A DNA stretch of 61,504 bases from a virus: the IMG/VR virus record IMGVR_UViG_3300045988_158963, positions 1 through 61,504 of that record, one strand, 5' to 3'. The translations under genes and the position numbers were made by a program. Numbering within the stretch: the first letter of the stretch is position 1; each line of letters begins with the position of its first letter. The notes under the pieces are model-generated. The model made no database searches. It was not told the DNA's origin and was given only the letters and a program-made list of their open reading frames with translations. This document shows positions 60,612 to 61,504 of the stretch, in pieces.

Positions 60612-61504
60612 CTACCGACCGAACACCTCTTTGAATTTGTTGTCTAAAGCATTAAGTATTCTAACCCTTATTGTCGGATCACAACTTATATTATCAATCG
60701 AATAGATTCTAGCGAGAAGTTGCTCTCTGGAACCGCAGAAACATCCACAAATATAAAAAGGGGCGATTTGGGGGTAATTGTGTTTATACCACATATGATT
60801 AGTTCCTTTTACCGCCACATAGTTTTTAGTGACTACGAAATCGTAGGTTGTTTCTTTATAACCCGGTGTGTTAGGGTTCCCAGCTGCGCTATAGCGGACA
60901 CTCCAGTCGCTATCCTTAGCCAGTTCAGTTAACACTTCTACCGGTGTGTTAGGGTTCCCGGCAGCGCTACGGCGGACACCCCAGTTGCTATCCTTAGCCA
61001 GTTCAGTTAACACTTCTACCGGTGTGTTAGGGTTCCCGGCAGCGCTACGGCGGACACCCCAGTTGCTATCCTTAGCCAGTTCAGTTAACACTTCTACCGG
61101 TGTGTTAGGGTTCCCGGCAGCGCTACGGCGGACACCCCAGTTGCTATCCTTAGCCAGTTCAGTTAACACTTCTACCGGTGTGTTAGGGTTCCCGGCAGCG
61201 CTATAGCGGACATCACAGTCGCTATCCTTAGCCAGTTCAGTTAACACTTCTACCGGTGTGTTAGGGTTCCCGGCAGCGCTATAGCGGACATCACAGTCGC
61301 TATCCTTAGCCAGTTCAGTTAACACTTCTACCGGTGTGTTAGGGTTCCCGGCAGCGCTATAGCGGACATCACAGTCGCTATCCTTAGCCAGTTCAGTTAA
61401 CACTTCTACCGGTGTGTTAGGGTTCCCGGCAGCGCTATAGCGGACATCACAGTCGCTATCCTTAGCCAGTTCAGTTAACACTTCTACCGGTGTGTTAGGG
61501 TTCC
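60612..61504 (-). CDS. LRV/HEAT-like repeat protein, 3' part (start is at 168 across the junction)
   Basis: Eight 26-aa repeats (VRxSAAGNPNTPVEVLTELAKDSxxx) are followed by an 82-aa non-repeat C-terminal domain. The ORF is still open at 61504. Confidence 0.85.
   Translation of the reverse strand, partial: NPNTPVEVLTELAKDSDCDVRYSAAGNPNTPVEVLTELAKDSDCDVRYSAAGNPNTPVEVLTELAKDSDCDVRYSAAGNPNTPVEVLTELAKDSDCDVRYSAAGNPNTPVEVLTELAKDSNWGVRRSAAGNPNTPVEVLTELAKDSNWGVRRSAAGNPNTPVEVLTELAKDSNWGVRRSAAGNPNTPVEVLTELAKDSDWSVRYSAAGNPNTPGYKETTYDFVVTKNYVAVKGTNHMWYKHNYPQIAPFYICGCFCGSREQLLARIYSIDNISCDPTIRVRILNALDNKFKEVFGR
60861..61504. repeat. 78-bp tandem repeat array (coding), 8+ units
   Basis: The period is 78 nt. 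Units are identical except for a ~20-nt patch that distinguishes the DSDCDVRY (x4), DSNWGVRR (x3) and DSDWSVRY (x1) variants. Confidence 0.95.

Larger units (their letters stand above)
1..61504. mobile_element. Complete temperate tailed-phage genome (circular or circularly permuted contig)
   Basis: Integrase plus attP, repressor switch, full packaging/head/tail/lysis module and replication module are all present. Positions 1-35 are identical to 61470-61504. Confidence 0.8.

Noticed and set aside
60946-61206. A plus-strand 86-aa ORF (and 60720..60932) antisense to the repeat gene.
   Set aside because: It stays open only because the repeat unit lacks stops in that frame. It has no independent support.
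60861-61504. The regular repeats considered as a possible CRISPR array.
   Set aside because: There are no unique spacers. The 78-nt units are contiguous, in frame and translate into a protein repeat. No cas genes are present in the window.

Overview
The window looks like one complete, circularly closed or terminally overlapping genome of a temperate tailed phage (HK97-fold capsid module) from a Bacteroidales-type host. The first 35 nt are identical to the last 35 nt. Removing that overlap joins a tandem-repeat (LRV/HEAT-like) gene in frame across the junction, giving about 61,469 bp. Host assignment rests on many TAnnTTTG -7 promoter boxes and on Bacteroidetes-typical gene families. Layout: (i) 1554-2380, a lysis/lysogeny switch with a repeated 24-nt promoter element. 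(ii) 1726-11982, the lysogeny and accessory island: repressor, surface lipoprotein, attP carrying the 3' part of tRNA-Arg(UCU), tyrosine integrase, HTH plus YbjQ-domain pair, DUF4160/DUF2442 pair, and an acr-aca-like operon. (iii) 12095-42454 on the plus strand, the late genes: terS, terL, portal, prohead protease, major capsid, tail, tape measure, fibres, holin, M15 endolysin, spanin-like. (iv) 42672-46383, a GC-richer plus-strand block of unknown function. (v) 61504 down to 46529 (continuing from 1553 across the junction), the minus-strand early operon: MazG-like, DUF551, C5 DNA methyltransferase, ERF, SSB-like, NinB-like, NinG, helicase, replisome organizer, DnaC-like loader, ASCH. Items most worth a second look: a 313-codon stop-free +1 frame nested in the C5-methyltransferase gene that itself has methyltransferase-family motifs; three copies of a conserved promoter-proximal terminator hairpin with covarying stems ahead of late gene blocks; tRNA-like elements with no usable anticodon loop inside the early operon; two candidate small RNAs; an acr-aca-like operon; and the near-identical 78-bp coding repeats. 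All function calls come from motif recognition by eye, because no database search was possible.
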